Notes: generated by a model from the letters alone, not told the origin. 64,000 nucleotides of DNA from Eutreptiella sp. 'Long Island Sound 2002' (GCA_964036045.1 OZ038378.1:4402001-4466000); one strand, 5' to 3'. Shown: positions 34,164 through 46,447, counted from the stretch's first letter. Numbers and translations: made by a program.

Positions 34164-37100
34164 GAAGGGTGATCTTGAGTATTTTTTTTGTGTTCCTTGG
34201 TGGTGGTGGTGGTGACGGATGGTGTCGCCGACACAGCAGCAAAATGGTCACGCGACACTACGTTTTTGGGTTCAGCAATGTCCACGACTGTGCACTGTTG
34301 TCCCGTCTGCTGCGTGGATGGCAGTGAGGGGAGGTGGAAGGAGGGGCATGGGGTTTGGTGGGGCGAAGCAGCAAGTGCCAAGCCCATGGGGGGAAAAACA
34401 ATTTAAACTAAAGTTTATGCAGTAAACTTGAGTTTAAATTGGGCAAGGGGGTGGGAGGAGGGCACCTTGTGAACACTCGCCTAGTGTTTGTTTGTTTTGT
34501 GGTGTGCCGTCGCCCTCCCCCCCTCCCTAAACCACCGGGCGCGTGCTAGAAGTGCGTGGGTGAGCGCGCAAGGCGTGGCCAAGGGACGCAAGGGCCGCGG
34601 GGCGAAGTGTGGCGCAGGGGCACAGAGCAACTCGCCAGCGAGCGGCCCCGATAGGGCCGTGACACGCTTCACGGGAGAACCACCGCCCACCGCAGGCACA
34701 GGTACAGGCGCGACCGTCGCACAGGCGATGGACCAACGTATATGTGTGTTGTATAAACGTCTATCGGGACCGTGGATGTCCCCTACCAAGCACCACCCGC
34801 ACCACCCCCCGTTCCTTGGTGGTGGTGGTGACGGATGGTGTCGCCGACACAGCAGCAAAATGGTCACGCGACACTACGTTTTTGGGTTCAGCAATGTCCA
34901 CGAGTGTGCACTGTTGTCCCGTCTGCTGCTCGGATGGCAGTGAGGGGAGGTGGAAGGAGGTGCATGGGGTTTGGTGGGGCGAAGCAGCAAGTGCCAAGCC
35001 CATGGGGGGAAAAACAATTTAAACACCCTGACTCATGGCCCATGAGTACCCTTTTACTAATGGGCCATGAGCATCCCCTCACTCATGGGCCACGAACACA
35101 CCCTTACAGCCCGCAAGACGTGGCTCTAGGGGCACCTTAGCCTCTACACGCCATGGGAGGCTCTTCTTTCGCTCCTTGGTGGTGACATTAAGCTCAACCG
35201 GGGGGCCCTCATGTGATCCCTGGTTGGCGGTGAATACCACATTGAACAAAGGAGTGGTCAAGTCCGCTACCAGATGCATGCAACCTTCGGTGGGCCTCCT
35301 TCAACATTGGTCGATGTTACCAGCCCTCTTTGAACCCTCATTCAAAGCACTTTGGGAAGCCTCGCTGTTGGTCATCAACTCGTGCTAGCACCTCGTTAGA
35401 TGGGCATTGTCACCATCCTATCAAGGCATCCTACAGAGTGGAAGACTCAACCGAGACAAGGTGGGGCCATGGCTCTGGGGTACACTGCGGTGGCCGGGGT
35501 TCAGAGCACCCTGGGAAACCAAGCCAGCACAATGTTCATGATGCTGGTAGCATCATTGCCAAGCAATGCAAGCATGCCTCTTAGCCTACCTCACCGAGTC
35601 CCGGTTTTGGGACATCGCGCGACACATGCGAGACGTGGAAGCCTGGGGTGCTCAAATGGCGGCGAACTGCATCCATAGACGAGCTACGAATGTGCACCCG
35701 CGTGCAGTTCCCGCACTCCCTTCAGCACTCTTTCCCGCCGGTCCAAGCACACTGGAGGCACTTCCATGTGTTCTAGTGGTTGTAGGCACGGGTCTTCGAC
35801 AAAATGCAGCACGTTCCGTTCTTTGTCAGCAATGAGCGGCCTACACACATCGTCTCGCTCGTTAAGGCGGCCCCACCATACGCGGCTAAAGCCACGGCCC
35901 GCAACACGTGGAACCACACCCGGGGGGTCCTATCCATTCCCCCACGGGCACGGCAGCTGTTCGAAGATACCTTAGCCACGATGGAGGACCTTCGATGGCA
36001 GCTGACGCAGGCAGCCACCACCGTGGAGCACACCTGGGTCCTAGATGCCATGGCTCATCGCCGCTACGTGGCGCCGCGCAAGGGGCCCAGAGAGCCCTCG
36101 CCGCCACTGGCACCGACGCTGGTCTCGCGGCCAAGCGAAGCATGTGACATCCCAACCGCCCCTTTCTTGGAGCGGGCCAAGCAACCGATGCTACACGCCC
36201 AGTCACAAGGCGTACGGCTAAACTTGAATGCGGTGGTGCAAGCAGTCGCCCGATAGGCCACCGCCTGGAAGTCCATCTTGTTGGCACACCACCGCAAGCA
36301 ACTACGGCGGCAAACATATTTCCTTTACAGGAACGAACAACGCGGTGGTACGTAGAGGCGCAGCATGCAGTGTGCCGGATGTCCTAGTTAGCGGACTTCT
36401 GCCGGCTTTCGGCAATGGGGCATGACGGTGTACCCCGAGGCGTAGTCCATGGCAATGCGCAAGCTGAGCACGGCGTCCATGTGCTGGGAGCACGCCCATT
36501 TATTGCGGACCGCTAACGTCTGGGCGGAGGAAGCGTGTGGGTGGCACTACCTGTCTCAAGTGCATGCGGTTACCCCTCCGGCGCTACGGCGGACGACCTT
36601 GTCGGACCTGCAGCGGGTGGTCCGTGGGGATAGTGTGCAGCACGTGAAGCGCCCCAGTGGCAATGTCCGGAATGTGGCGCACAAGCGATGCAAGGTGGAA
36701 GAACCACCAGTATTGGAGGCCAGCACCCACCTCCGGGATATTCAGATCCCACTCGAAGACATGGGCGATGTTATTGTTTTAACTGGATTGTAATTCCCCC
36801 GAGAGGTCCGGGGGGACGCACACATCTGTGCAAATGGGGCGACAAAGGTGGGGCAAGGCACGGGACTCGTTCCTCCTGCCTCCCCGCCGCTACTGGCTTG
36901 GTTGGGGTAGGTCATACCGAACCCACATCCAAAACTAGCCCTGGCACTGCCCCATGAGTTGCTGCTATGTGTACTCTTAGCGGACACTTGGTGGAACTTT
37001 GATCACAAATTAAAAAAAAGGATGGAAGATCCCGCAAAACTGAGATTGGCTTTGATTCCTGCTTGAGGGGCCGAGGGGAACGTTGAAAGCCTCTTGTGTG

Positions 37101-39746
37101 ACCAAGACATAGGCTTGACCTCATGCCCATGGTCGCTAGCAGCCACCTCAAGCAGGCATAGTGCAATGCCCATGTTTGCCTCTAACCATTGGTCACCATC
37201 AAAAACGTGTGGGCGGGGATGGCCACCACCCACGTGCCTTGCATTTTGTTTAATAAGATTGGAGGGCAGCTTTTAGTGGCGAACACCCCGAGCGCACTTG
37301 TACCGATCTATGTAGTCTTGTTGGTTTTGCAACCTTTAGGACCAAGCCATAAGCACATGGAGGATGACTCTATGGTGATGCATGTATGCAGTATGACGTC
37401 CTGTTGCTTCCACGGCCACTGGACCCTCAACAACTGCACCCCATCCTCCCCCTAGTACAGAAAAGGGAGGCACAACCAGCTGGGTAGTGGATACGGCACT
37501 GTGTTGAGTTACCAGATCAGGCCAAGGGATGGGTGTAGGAAGTCTTTCCCATGCACAACACAATGGTGTACACCTTGCGAGGCAGGGCTAGTGTGGTGTA
37601 TAGCGGAGTGCAGACTGCACATGTGTAGTGCGTGCGCAATACCAAAAGTGGGGTGTCCTCATGAAGCAAATGGCTAGAAAACACAATACATGTTGATAAT
37701 TGCAAGATGTTATGGATATGTAGGGCTGTTAGCCGCACACGCTGTGTGCATAGAATTTCTAGGAGGATGGAGGAGGTTTGGTGTCACCCCATTTATTCAA
37801 TTGTCCCTTGGTCCATTTTTCTTTTCTTGACCTAGTGTCCTAGCATTACCAAGCTCGCCGTGAGCAATGCTAGGCTTGACGTGAGCTCACCATGGGCAAT
37901 CTGACAGGAGTCATTTTGGATTGTGGATTTTTGCCTTTTGTAGGTCATTCAACAGTGCCTTCGAGAGTGGTGGCAAAGCCAGAGTGGGGACGAAGGACAT
38001 TTCAGCGAAGCATGGTAGCATCACCAACGATTGCGTGCTTTTTTTTCTTGTAACTCACGTACACAATATGTGATTTACATCATTTTCAATTTCCCCCCCT
38101 TTCCACAACTGACAAAACCAGTGTACACAACTGACAGGGAAAAATTGCCCATGTTCCGCCACACACCTAGGGAGGATTGCAGCATTGCACATACACAGTG
38201 CGCAAACCATTTTGAGAAGACGCACATATGTAAAACTACCCCCCTTGAACAATGCCAATTTCCTAGCACAGGTTGTTACCAGGTCGCTCTGCAGGTATAC
38301 TCAAGGTAGGAATATAAGTTGCTCCTTCTTTGTCAACCTTGACCCGTGTCCTTGACAGGGGAAGAAGCTATGGTATGTTCTGACAGTGTACTTAGATCCC
38401 GAGATTGACTCGTACTGCTGCAAGACTATTGCAGAACTATTGCAGCTTCGTCAAAAAAAATTTCCCAGCATAGGTTGTTACCAAGTACAACACATTATTG
38501 GCAAAACTTCCCTACAAAACAACAACCTACCAATAACGTGGAATGAAATCCTCTTTCTTTATGAAGTGGCATGACTAGAATTGGCTCCCACTTGGGCATT
38601 TGACAATGACAGCTATTAAGATCAAGCAATATTAGAGAGGAAGCCTCCGCAAAGGATGAAGATAATGATGATGGTGTTTGTTGCCAAATTTGTGCGCACC
38701 GTCCACTTGATATATCTCAGGTACCACTTGAATGTGTACATCCTGCGTGCCATTGCATAGTTGTACTTTGGGTGCCAAATTTGATTGTTCATAGGTACAT
38801 TCAAGTACAAGGCTGGAGACAGCAGAATATTCAATTTGTTTAGCTTGCTGCTTTGCCCTGTTGTACAGAGGTGGTGGGTGGTTTTTTTGGGTTGGGTTTC
38901 CTTTCTGGTGGGATTTGCCTCATATGCACTCTATGCGCACACAGTGCAACAACATTGCCATGGACTGAGTGATGCAACGAACTAGCCTTGGGCGGGCTGG
39001 GGAGTAGTGAAAACCCTTCAACCCGGCCAGTGCCATGTCTTTTGTGTGACCTTCTTGTTGGTCAAGATTTGTTATTGGGGAGTTGGGTGTATGAGGGGTG
39101 GGAGTGTAGCTTTGTGGGTGAGAGTACAATGTGTATTCCCCGTGCTCATGATTACAGCATAATGCCGCCATGGTGTCCACTCCCATAGCAATAGCTGGCA
39201 AGCTTTGCTCTCAGTCATTCCTGGACAGTCAAGTACAGAGGGGTGCGTTCCACCACTGATGTGGCAACACAGGCCCAGCGGGTCCCAACACATCAGGACT
39301 ACATAATTCCAGGCATTTTCCCCGGTGTTGCTGGTGGAGTGTACACCATGTACCATAGGCCAGGCGGTTCTGGGGGTGGGGTGGGGGCAAGAAGAAAGTC
39401 CGGGGGATGGGGGAAGCCGCATGTAACAATAACCAGCAGCACAGGAAGGAAGGAAGGAGTTGCTTGCTTGATTGGTTGATGCTCTTTGGAGCAGAGATCC
39501 AGGCATGCAGCGCGGCCCTCTTGCAGTTGAGGGTGCGCTTAAGTCCGTTGTGGTTGGGGTCAGGTGATGTCTTTCCCAGCCAAAGTCTTGTCTTGCGAAT
39601 CTTCTGACCTAGGCATTTTGTTACAATACGTGGTCACAAACGATGACACTTTGCGCCCCACTGTATTGCAGCATGGATCACGACTCTGTGTCATGGTAGT
39701 TGCCTGCTTTCACATCTGCAACAACCCGAAGCCATTTGGCCACACT

Positions 39747-41898
39747 ATGATTCTACTCCCATGGGTGTTTGTGTACCTGCTGATTCCATGTGCCAATTCA
39801 TTTCTCAGCGACAGCCTTGTGGCAGATTATCTGCAGAGTCACAATTCTAGGCGTTGCTTACATGGGGTATCGGATTTGACATGGAGTCAAGGCGTGGAGA
39901 CTAGTGCTCAATCCTACGCAAATACTTGTCCCTCAGGACACTCGTCCACCTCATACGGCGAGAATATCAAGTACTCCACATTTAATCCAACATCTGAACA
40001 AACCCTTACCGGCTGGTACGATGATGAGATAGGAAAGTATGATTACAGCAACCCGGTCTTCTCTACTAGTACCGGTCACTTCACCCAGGTGGTTTGGAAA
40101 GCCAACTCTGAATTGGGTTGTGGGATCTGCACCAGTGGCTCTACTTGGCAGTACATTGTGGTTTGTCAGTATAATTCTGGAGGCAATGTTGCTGGTCAGT
40201 TTACGTCCCAAGTGCCGGCAGTCACAAAGACTGCGGGTGAATGTACGGCTGATTGTGGTACGCCAAGTCAAACTGGCTTTGATTTTACCGGGTGTTCAAA
40301 CACGTTTCCGAACTCATGCAGTCCGTCATGTAGGGCAGGATATTACACGACATCCCGGCGAGTATATGCTCTGTGCCAAAGCTCTGGTTCGTGGTGGTAC
40401 TCGGGGACTTGCATCGCGTTTACTTGTCCGACGGGCGCGACTCACACAAGTGCCAATGTTGACATGAGCACATGTCAGTCAGGCACTGGATTGCAATATG
40501 AGGGGACGTGCAGTCCCACATGCAACTCAGGATACACTGGCAGCCCCACTGCTGTTTGCGGAACTAATGCGCAGTGGACCTACGGTGGATCCTGTACTTT
40601 GGCCGCCGGGTCCACATCCACAAGCTCCACCTCTGGGACCTCCTCCACATCCACAAGCTCCACCTCCGGGACCTCCTCCACGTCTACAGGCACCACCTCC
40701 GGGGCATCCTCCACGTCTACAGGCACCACCTCCGGGACCTCCTCCACATCCACAAGCTCCACCTCCGGGACCTCCTCCACATCCACAAGCTCCACCTCCG
40801 GGACCTCCTCCACGTCTACAGGCACCACCTCCGGGGCATCCTCCACGTCTACAGGCACCACCTCCGGGGCATCCTCCACGTCTACAGGCACCACCTCCGG
40901 GGCATCCTCCACGTCTACAGGCACCACCTCCGGGACCTCCTCCACGTCTACAGGCACCACCTCCGGGGCATCCTCCACGTCTACAGGCACCACCTCCGGG
41001 ACCTCCTCCACGTCTACAGGCACCACCTCCGGGGCATCCTCCACGTCTACAGGCACCACCTCCGGGACCTCCTCCACGTCTACAGGCACCACCTCCGGGA
41101 CCTCCTCCACATCCACAAGCTCCACCTCCGGGATCTCCTCCACATCCAGCAGCTCAGGAACAGCCTCCACATCCGGCACGAGCACGTCCGGGACAAGCTC
41201 ATCAGGAACCTCCTCCTCTGGAAGCACGACGGGTGCCATCCCCAGCTGCTCAGCAACTGCTGGCAATCAAGCATTCGATACCATCAGTGCCGATACCACA
41301 ATGTGTGGGACCAGCACCTTCAATACAGCCGGCTCGTCTGCCGTGAGTTCCAACGTATACTACTCCTCAGGCGCCACTGTTTCCATTGACGCGGATAAAA
41401 CATTTGATGGGACCGGAATCATGGTCTTTCAAGAGCAGTCCACAGTGTCTGTAGCCGCGACCACTACATTCAACGTGCCGGTCTCCGTCCAGACGGCCAC
41501 GTTCACGGTCACTGCGGCCATGACATTCTCCTCCACGGTTTCGCTTTCGGGATCGGGATTCGTGGTGTCGTCCAGCACAGCATCGGTGACTTTTCAGTCA
41601 TCTGCCACAAGCATTTCAAGCTCCACATTCTCGGGCCTTGGGTTCACGGAGTACTATCAACCAACCAGTGGTCTGATGACCAGCAGTGGAAACACATGGC
41701 TGATCCCCCACCGTGTGCGCCGTGGGACTTCTGCCCGTCGCACTGACGTCTCCACAATCGTGACTGTTTCATCGTGTGGGGACTCCTTCTCAGACCTCGC
41801 CATCAACTCTGGGACGGCGCTGCTGGTGTTTGTCAACTGCACGCTGGTCAGCAACGATGCGTATTCGTCCTCGGCTGGGGCTGTGACGTTCTCCTCAG
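39747..41898 (+). CDS. CAP (SCP/PR-1/Pry-like) domain type I membrane protein, exon 1
   Basis: Signal peptide MILLPWVFVYLLIPCANS; CAP motifs HN..R..H, GENI, WYDDE, GHFTQVVWK..LGCG, VVCQY..GN; two Cys-rich repeats; S/T/G stalk; beta-rich region; phase-1 donor cag|gtgctt. Confidence 0.9.
40610..41140 (+). repeat. 33-bp coding tandem repeat (STSTGTTSGAS/STSTSSTSGTS), ~16 units
   Basis: Directly visible; in frame within the CAP gene. Confidence 0.95.
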
Positions 41899-42338
41899 GT
41901 GCTTGTGTAAGGGTCTTTCTTGTTCCATGTCCAATCTTCTTCCAGTCGAGGAGTTGGGCACCGTCAGCTTGGAAGCGACGGCGGGCACAGAGCCGCCGAT
42001 GGCGGTTGGGGTGTCGGGGACGGCGGTTGATGCTTACAAAGGGTGGCCGGAGTGCAAGGGATGGCAGTCGGAGAGCAAACAAAGGCTGTTTGAGTGACGG
42101 TGCTGCAAATTGAGGGTGATTGCAGGATGGGTAGTGTGTGCAGAGCTGCATTGGGACAGGGTAGCATTGGGTAGCTCTGGTCCTTGATTCAGAGAGGTTT
42201 CTGGAGTGCCTTCTGGTGAGCAGACTTCGCCAGCTTGCCATGTCCTGGAGCCCCTCACCCCAAAACAAGAGCTGCATTGGAACAGAATTCTCTGTTTAAG
42301 TTTGAGGTTTCTAAGGCCCCTTTGCTTCTCCTCCTCAG

Positions 42339-42610
42339 GCAGCTACCTGATTTTCGAGGAGGTCACCAGCTCGGCCCGCCCATTGTACATGAGCGGATTC
42401 AGTGCAGCCTCAGATCTCCGGCTGGAAGTGATCAGCACCGACAGCTCACTTCCCCTGTCCGTCACGCTCGCGGAGTACGTCAGCTCCGGGTCTTGTGTGA
42501 CGTCCTTCTCCAACTCCAGCATCGACGGCTGTCCATCAAATGCCACGTGTTCCATCACTGCAGGAGTGGACAGCACGAACGGCTCCCAGTGCACGATCAG
42601 TTATTCGCAG
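42339..42610 (+). CDS. CAP-domain membrane protein, exon 2
   Basis: cttctcctcctcag|gc acceptor (phase 1); SYLIFEEVTSS...CPSNATCSITAG...CTISYSQ |gtatgc (phase 0). Confidence 0.85.
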
Positions 42611-42789
42611 GTATGCACACCGAGGTCCCATCCAACGTCTCTGTCCCAACGAACCTCTTCAGTGTGGCGCCATAAAGTGATGCAATTCACCGGGTAAACC
42701 CGAACCCACCAGTGTGCCGAGCCCCCCACAAAAATACCTTTTTTTTTTTGCACCAGCAGCACTGGTACTCACCGCAAACTGCTTTTCGT

Positions 42790-42917
42790 GACACAGGCAG
42801 GACCAGTACCCCCCACAGATGTATTTAAATTGACACAGGCAGCACAGGTGCTCCCTACAGAAATAACTTTACTGACATAGGTAGCACCAGTACCCTCCAC
42901 AGAAGTGCTTTCCTGAC
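42790..42917. repeat. Degenerate 41-42-bp tandem repeat (3 units), intronic
   Basis: gacacaggcag...cacag units start at 42790, 42832 and 42874, with a partial unit at 42915. Confidence 0.7.
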
Positions 42918-44722
42918 AAAGGACAATAGACTAGCCAACGAATGGACAAGGCTCCAAGGAGGCCTGTTGTTTCCCGCATGGCCACAACATAGGGACACTC
43001 ACACATTGGTACTGCCGGATGATGATGTTCAGCAAAGCCCAGGCCCAAGCCCCTGAAGCCTGAAAGATCCACTCCACAATTTTCCCACAACTACCCCTCT
43101 GGAGGATGATGGGGCATATCCGCTGGCAATAGATGGCAGCGCCACCAAGAAACTTAGCCAGATACTTACTTTGTTTATTGGTCTGTTGTTCCCCCAACCT
43201 GTGGGATATTAGATGGGCTACTGGTTGCGTGATCATACGTGCATCTTGGCTGGCCATACTATGGACTGATCTTCTGTGGAACACTCGCCCATCTCCTTGG
43301 AGCCCTGGTGGTTTGCTCACCAATGCACCCGGAGGAGGCACCAAAAGAAACCTTGGAAGACACAGACACACTGTCCAAAATACAGTGGATGGAACATCAT
43401 TCCAAAATTGGAGCCTGCTAGGACGCCCCTATGACCTTGCAACCCGTAGCCCCTCGATTGCCCCCAGATTCAAGTCAGGCCGCACCCAAGAGCCGCTGCC
43501 TGCCAACCATGTTGTACACGTTGGATGCGCGGCCATCCAGTGTGTTCTTGGCCAACTTGGTACCCCTGGTAGGACACCACCCCACCCCCCGTATCCTCCT
43601 ACATCTGGAACAGAACAAGGATTGGGACCAGGACCGTCCGCAAGGATCCGGTTTCACTTTTGTTGTTCCCTCAGGGGGGGGTACGGCGCGCGGTGCGATG
43701 CGCGGTGCGCGGTCTTTTGGGCAGTGCGGCGGACTCTTTCCCCATAATTCCCCATTGTGCTTTTTCTCAGCACCTCACCGGCCCTGTAGCACCCCCCCTC
43801 CAGTGAGCCCATCTGCCGTGGCTGCGGGATAGGGCGCCAAGCCAGGTTGCGATGGCTGTCGCGATGGTGGACAATAGCCACGGGTGCCTCAACCCCTCCC
43901 CTGTAGGGAAAGCCACACGCCACAATCAGAGGCACAAATGTTTTCCGCAGAAGCGCACGTAGGGCGAGGGGGCGGGGGTGTGTGCATTATTTGCAGTGTG
44001 TGCCAAGTACAGGGACAGGGATTATGGACAGCGGCCCGTTGGTAGGTAACTGACAGTGGTTGGGGGGTAACCGATGGCAGCTGGCAGGAAATTGATTGCA
44101 GTTGGTGCATAACCCGTCCCAGAAGCGCCCAGAAACGGAATGACACTGGAACGCTGTCTCGGAAATTGGGAAAAGATGGAAAACGGGGGGGAATGGGGAG
44201 AAATCGGATGTTTCTTGCTTGCACTTTCGGTGGAGAAATGGGAAGTATGCAGGCCCTTTGCAGCAATATTTCCTGAGGCATGATGCCAAACAAGATCTGT
44301 GTGAGACCAAATGCCACCACATTTCACCAAAAAAGGGGCATTCCGGCCGGACCTGCGCTTTCAATATGTGTGCAATCAAGAGGATGGGGGGGAGGGGGCA
44401 CAACCTATGGCCCGACGAAGTTCCACCCATCGCAGCGGCAACACGCCTAAAAGGCGCCTTTGGGAGCCAATAAGAGGGCCTAGTTGATGCTACGTGAGTT
44501 TCTGCATAGTCCCATTGCATAGTCCCAAATACACCCGTTGGCACGAATGGAGAGCAGCATGGAAACATGGTCTCCAACAACAAACGCTCCGAATCTCTGA
44601 AACTGCAGGGATGTCACAGCCAACTCCAGGCCAACTACTGTAGGCAAGGACCCTGTTTCTGAATTGGACCAACCCCCACCAAGGACAACGGCTGCGAAAT
44701 AGCGTCAGTGGGGAAGTCAGTA

Positions 44723-45164
44723 TGGACCAAAGATGCCACTAGGGAGGTGGAAAAAAGGTTTGCAAGGGGGGGGGGGTTGAGCCCCCAGAAGGAGGGAGGG
44801 CAGGGGGTCTAGACAAAGGGGCTCCAACGTCAGATCCCTTATGTAAAGACAGTCCAGTGACTTGTGACTTGAAGACCTGAATGGGAAATGGGGCCACAAA
44901 GCGGCTTGGACGAAAAGTTTTCTAAAACTTCTTTTGGCCGCGATATATATCTCAAAACGATCCGTGTGTCTCGGGGATCGTTTTGAGGTATGTATATGAG
45001 GGTACCCCCGGACCCCTGTCCTGAGCCCTTCCGAGACCCTTTTTGGGCTGCCTGGCGTTTGAGCCCTGAAGGGAGGGGGGGTGGGGCTGGAAATGGGGCT
45101 CAAACGGCCCCCCCACCCCTGCACATTTTTTTTCGCCCACCCCTGGCCAGCATCTAAAGGTCAC
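44723..45164. mobile_element. Old MITE-like element with degenerate ~65-bp TIRs and TA flanks
   Basis: Left gaccaaagatgc...tgcaagggggg...ttgagcccc mirrors right ggggctcaa...ccccTgcac...gcatctaaaggtc. Confidence 0.4.
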
Positions 45165-45742
45165 TATAAATGCACAGGAAACCAATGGATTAGCCAGAAA
45201 AATATGCAAGAGATATCCTCGAGGAAGTGGTCATGTACTGCAAGACGAATCGCAAATCCTGCAGGTGACCAGCGCACAGTGGAGTTTAGGACATAGAGTG
45301 GGGGGAGCCTGGGGAGGGGAATTGATATAATGCATGTGATGCGATGTCGTATTCAATTGGGGGCATGATGGCGTCACTCACTTCCTGGTGATTACAGACA
45401 CACATCTTTTTGGGGTATTTCCACGAAAGAGGAACGGGAGAGTCCTGTGCACGATGTATGCACCCTGCCACCATCCGCTTTGCACGCACCGTGGAAGGTC
45501 GCCCCAGGCAGTATGCACACGCAGTCGAGCAATTAGGTTTACGACAACCGGACATCGACCCTGAAAGATGGTCCCAATTTCGAGTTTGGTTGCCCGAAGA
45601 AACGCGCCATCGCCACAGGAGATGCGAAGCTGCTCATCACGACTGCAGTCTTCTCGAGGGATTATGCAGCTTGGACCCACAACCATTATTCATCAAAAGG
45701 CTGTGCACCGTGCAGAGCCCCCCCCGACTACTTTTGTTGCAG

Positions 45743-46198
45743 GTCTACGCATCGGATGATGACAGTGATGAGGCGTTTTATGGTCTTTTCGCTCTCCTCG
45801 TCCTTCCTGTTTTGGTGTGTATAGCGGTGGCGATCGTGAAACGGAGCCATCTTGGATCGTCGAGCTTGCCGGAGCCTACAGAGGTGGCAGCCGATTACCC
45901 AGTGGCTGATTATCCAGAACCACCAGAAGAGCACCTCCCCGACCCCCCCTCTCCTTTGGTAGCGCACCAATATACAGACCCTAAAGAAGTGCACCACCCG
46001 ATCACAGACCTTGCACAAATACACAACCCCAGTACAGGGTTTGTAGGGGCACACCTTCCCACTTCAGGGTTTTCACTTTATCAGCCCCGTTCCACAGGTC
46101 TTGCACAACTGCACCCCCCTACGACCGCACTTGCACGGATGCAACCCGCAACTACACCAAATTACTACCTGACAGAAGGCACTGTGGCCTACTACTGA
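45743..46198 (+). CDS. CAP-domain membrane protein, exon 3 (TM helix plus cytoplasmic tail; spliced total ~959 aa)
   Basis: cttttgttgcag|gtc acceptor (phase 0); FYGLFALLVLPVLVCIAVAIV followed by KR; Pro-rich tail with 10-aa repeats; exon lengths 2152+272+456 sum in frame. Confidence 0.82.
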   Translation, partial: VYASDDDSDEAFYGLFALLVLPVLVCIAVAIVKRSHLGSSSLPEPTEVAADYPVADYPEPPEEHLPDPPSPLVAHQYTDPKEVHHPITDLAQIHNPSTGFVGAHLPTSGFSLYQPRSTGLAQLHPPTTALARMQPATTPNYYLTEGTVAYY

Positions 46199-46417
46199 CC
46201 ACGATGTGGCATCGGGCTGCATGCTTCTGCGTCGTGATTGGCTAGACGTGATAGACATGAATGGTTCTATCATATTGCATGAGGGCTGTCAGGTGGCTTG
46301 TGTGTATTCGAGACGGTCATATGCCCTTTATGCACAGCCATCAGGACCTGATGCTGGACGGTATTATTGTTGTTGTCAGGCTGCTGCTGCCAGTGCCCAC
46401 ACCTGCCCTCGTAGCTC

Positions 46418-46447
46418 CTAACTCTAAGCTAAGCTAAGCTAAGCTAA
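46418..46447. repeat. (CTAAG)n microsatellite
   Basis: Directly visible. Confidence 0.85.

Larger units (their letters stand above)
28969..35024 (+). mobile_element. Tyrosine-recombinase retrotransposon, VIPER/TATE-like (gag-YR-RT/RH) with split direct repeats
   Basis: A1 28969-29076 = A2 34405-34512 (108 bp, identical by eye). B1 34192-34408 ~ B2 34811-35024. CCHC gag, YR, YLDD-type RT and RNase H occur in that order. Confidence 0.93.

Noticed and set aside
35100-36800. Protein-like ORF fragments right of the retroelement (possible LINE relic)
   Set aside because: No RT, endonuclease or zinc-finger motif identifiable by eye; left unannotated. The same applies to ~12600-13550, 19860-22130, 43000-43500 and 48600-49100.
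38386-38574. QKKFPSI resembling the hAT dimerisation motif
   Set aside because: The flanking W and ER.FS residues are absent; the match is too short.
40498-41389. Long ORFs in alternate frames and on the minus strand (Pro/Gln-, His/Leu- and Val/Glu-rich)
   Set aside because: Shadows of the 33-bp coding repeat of the CAP gene.
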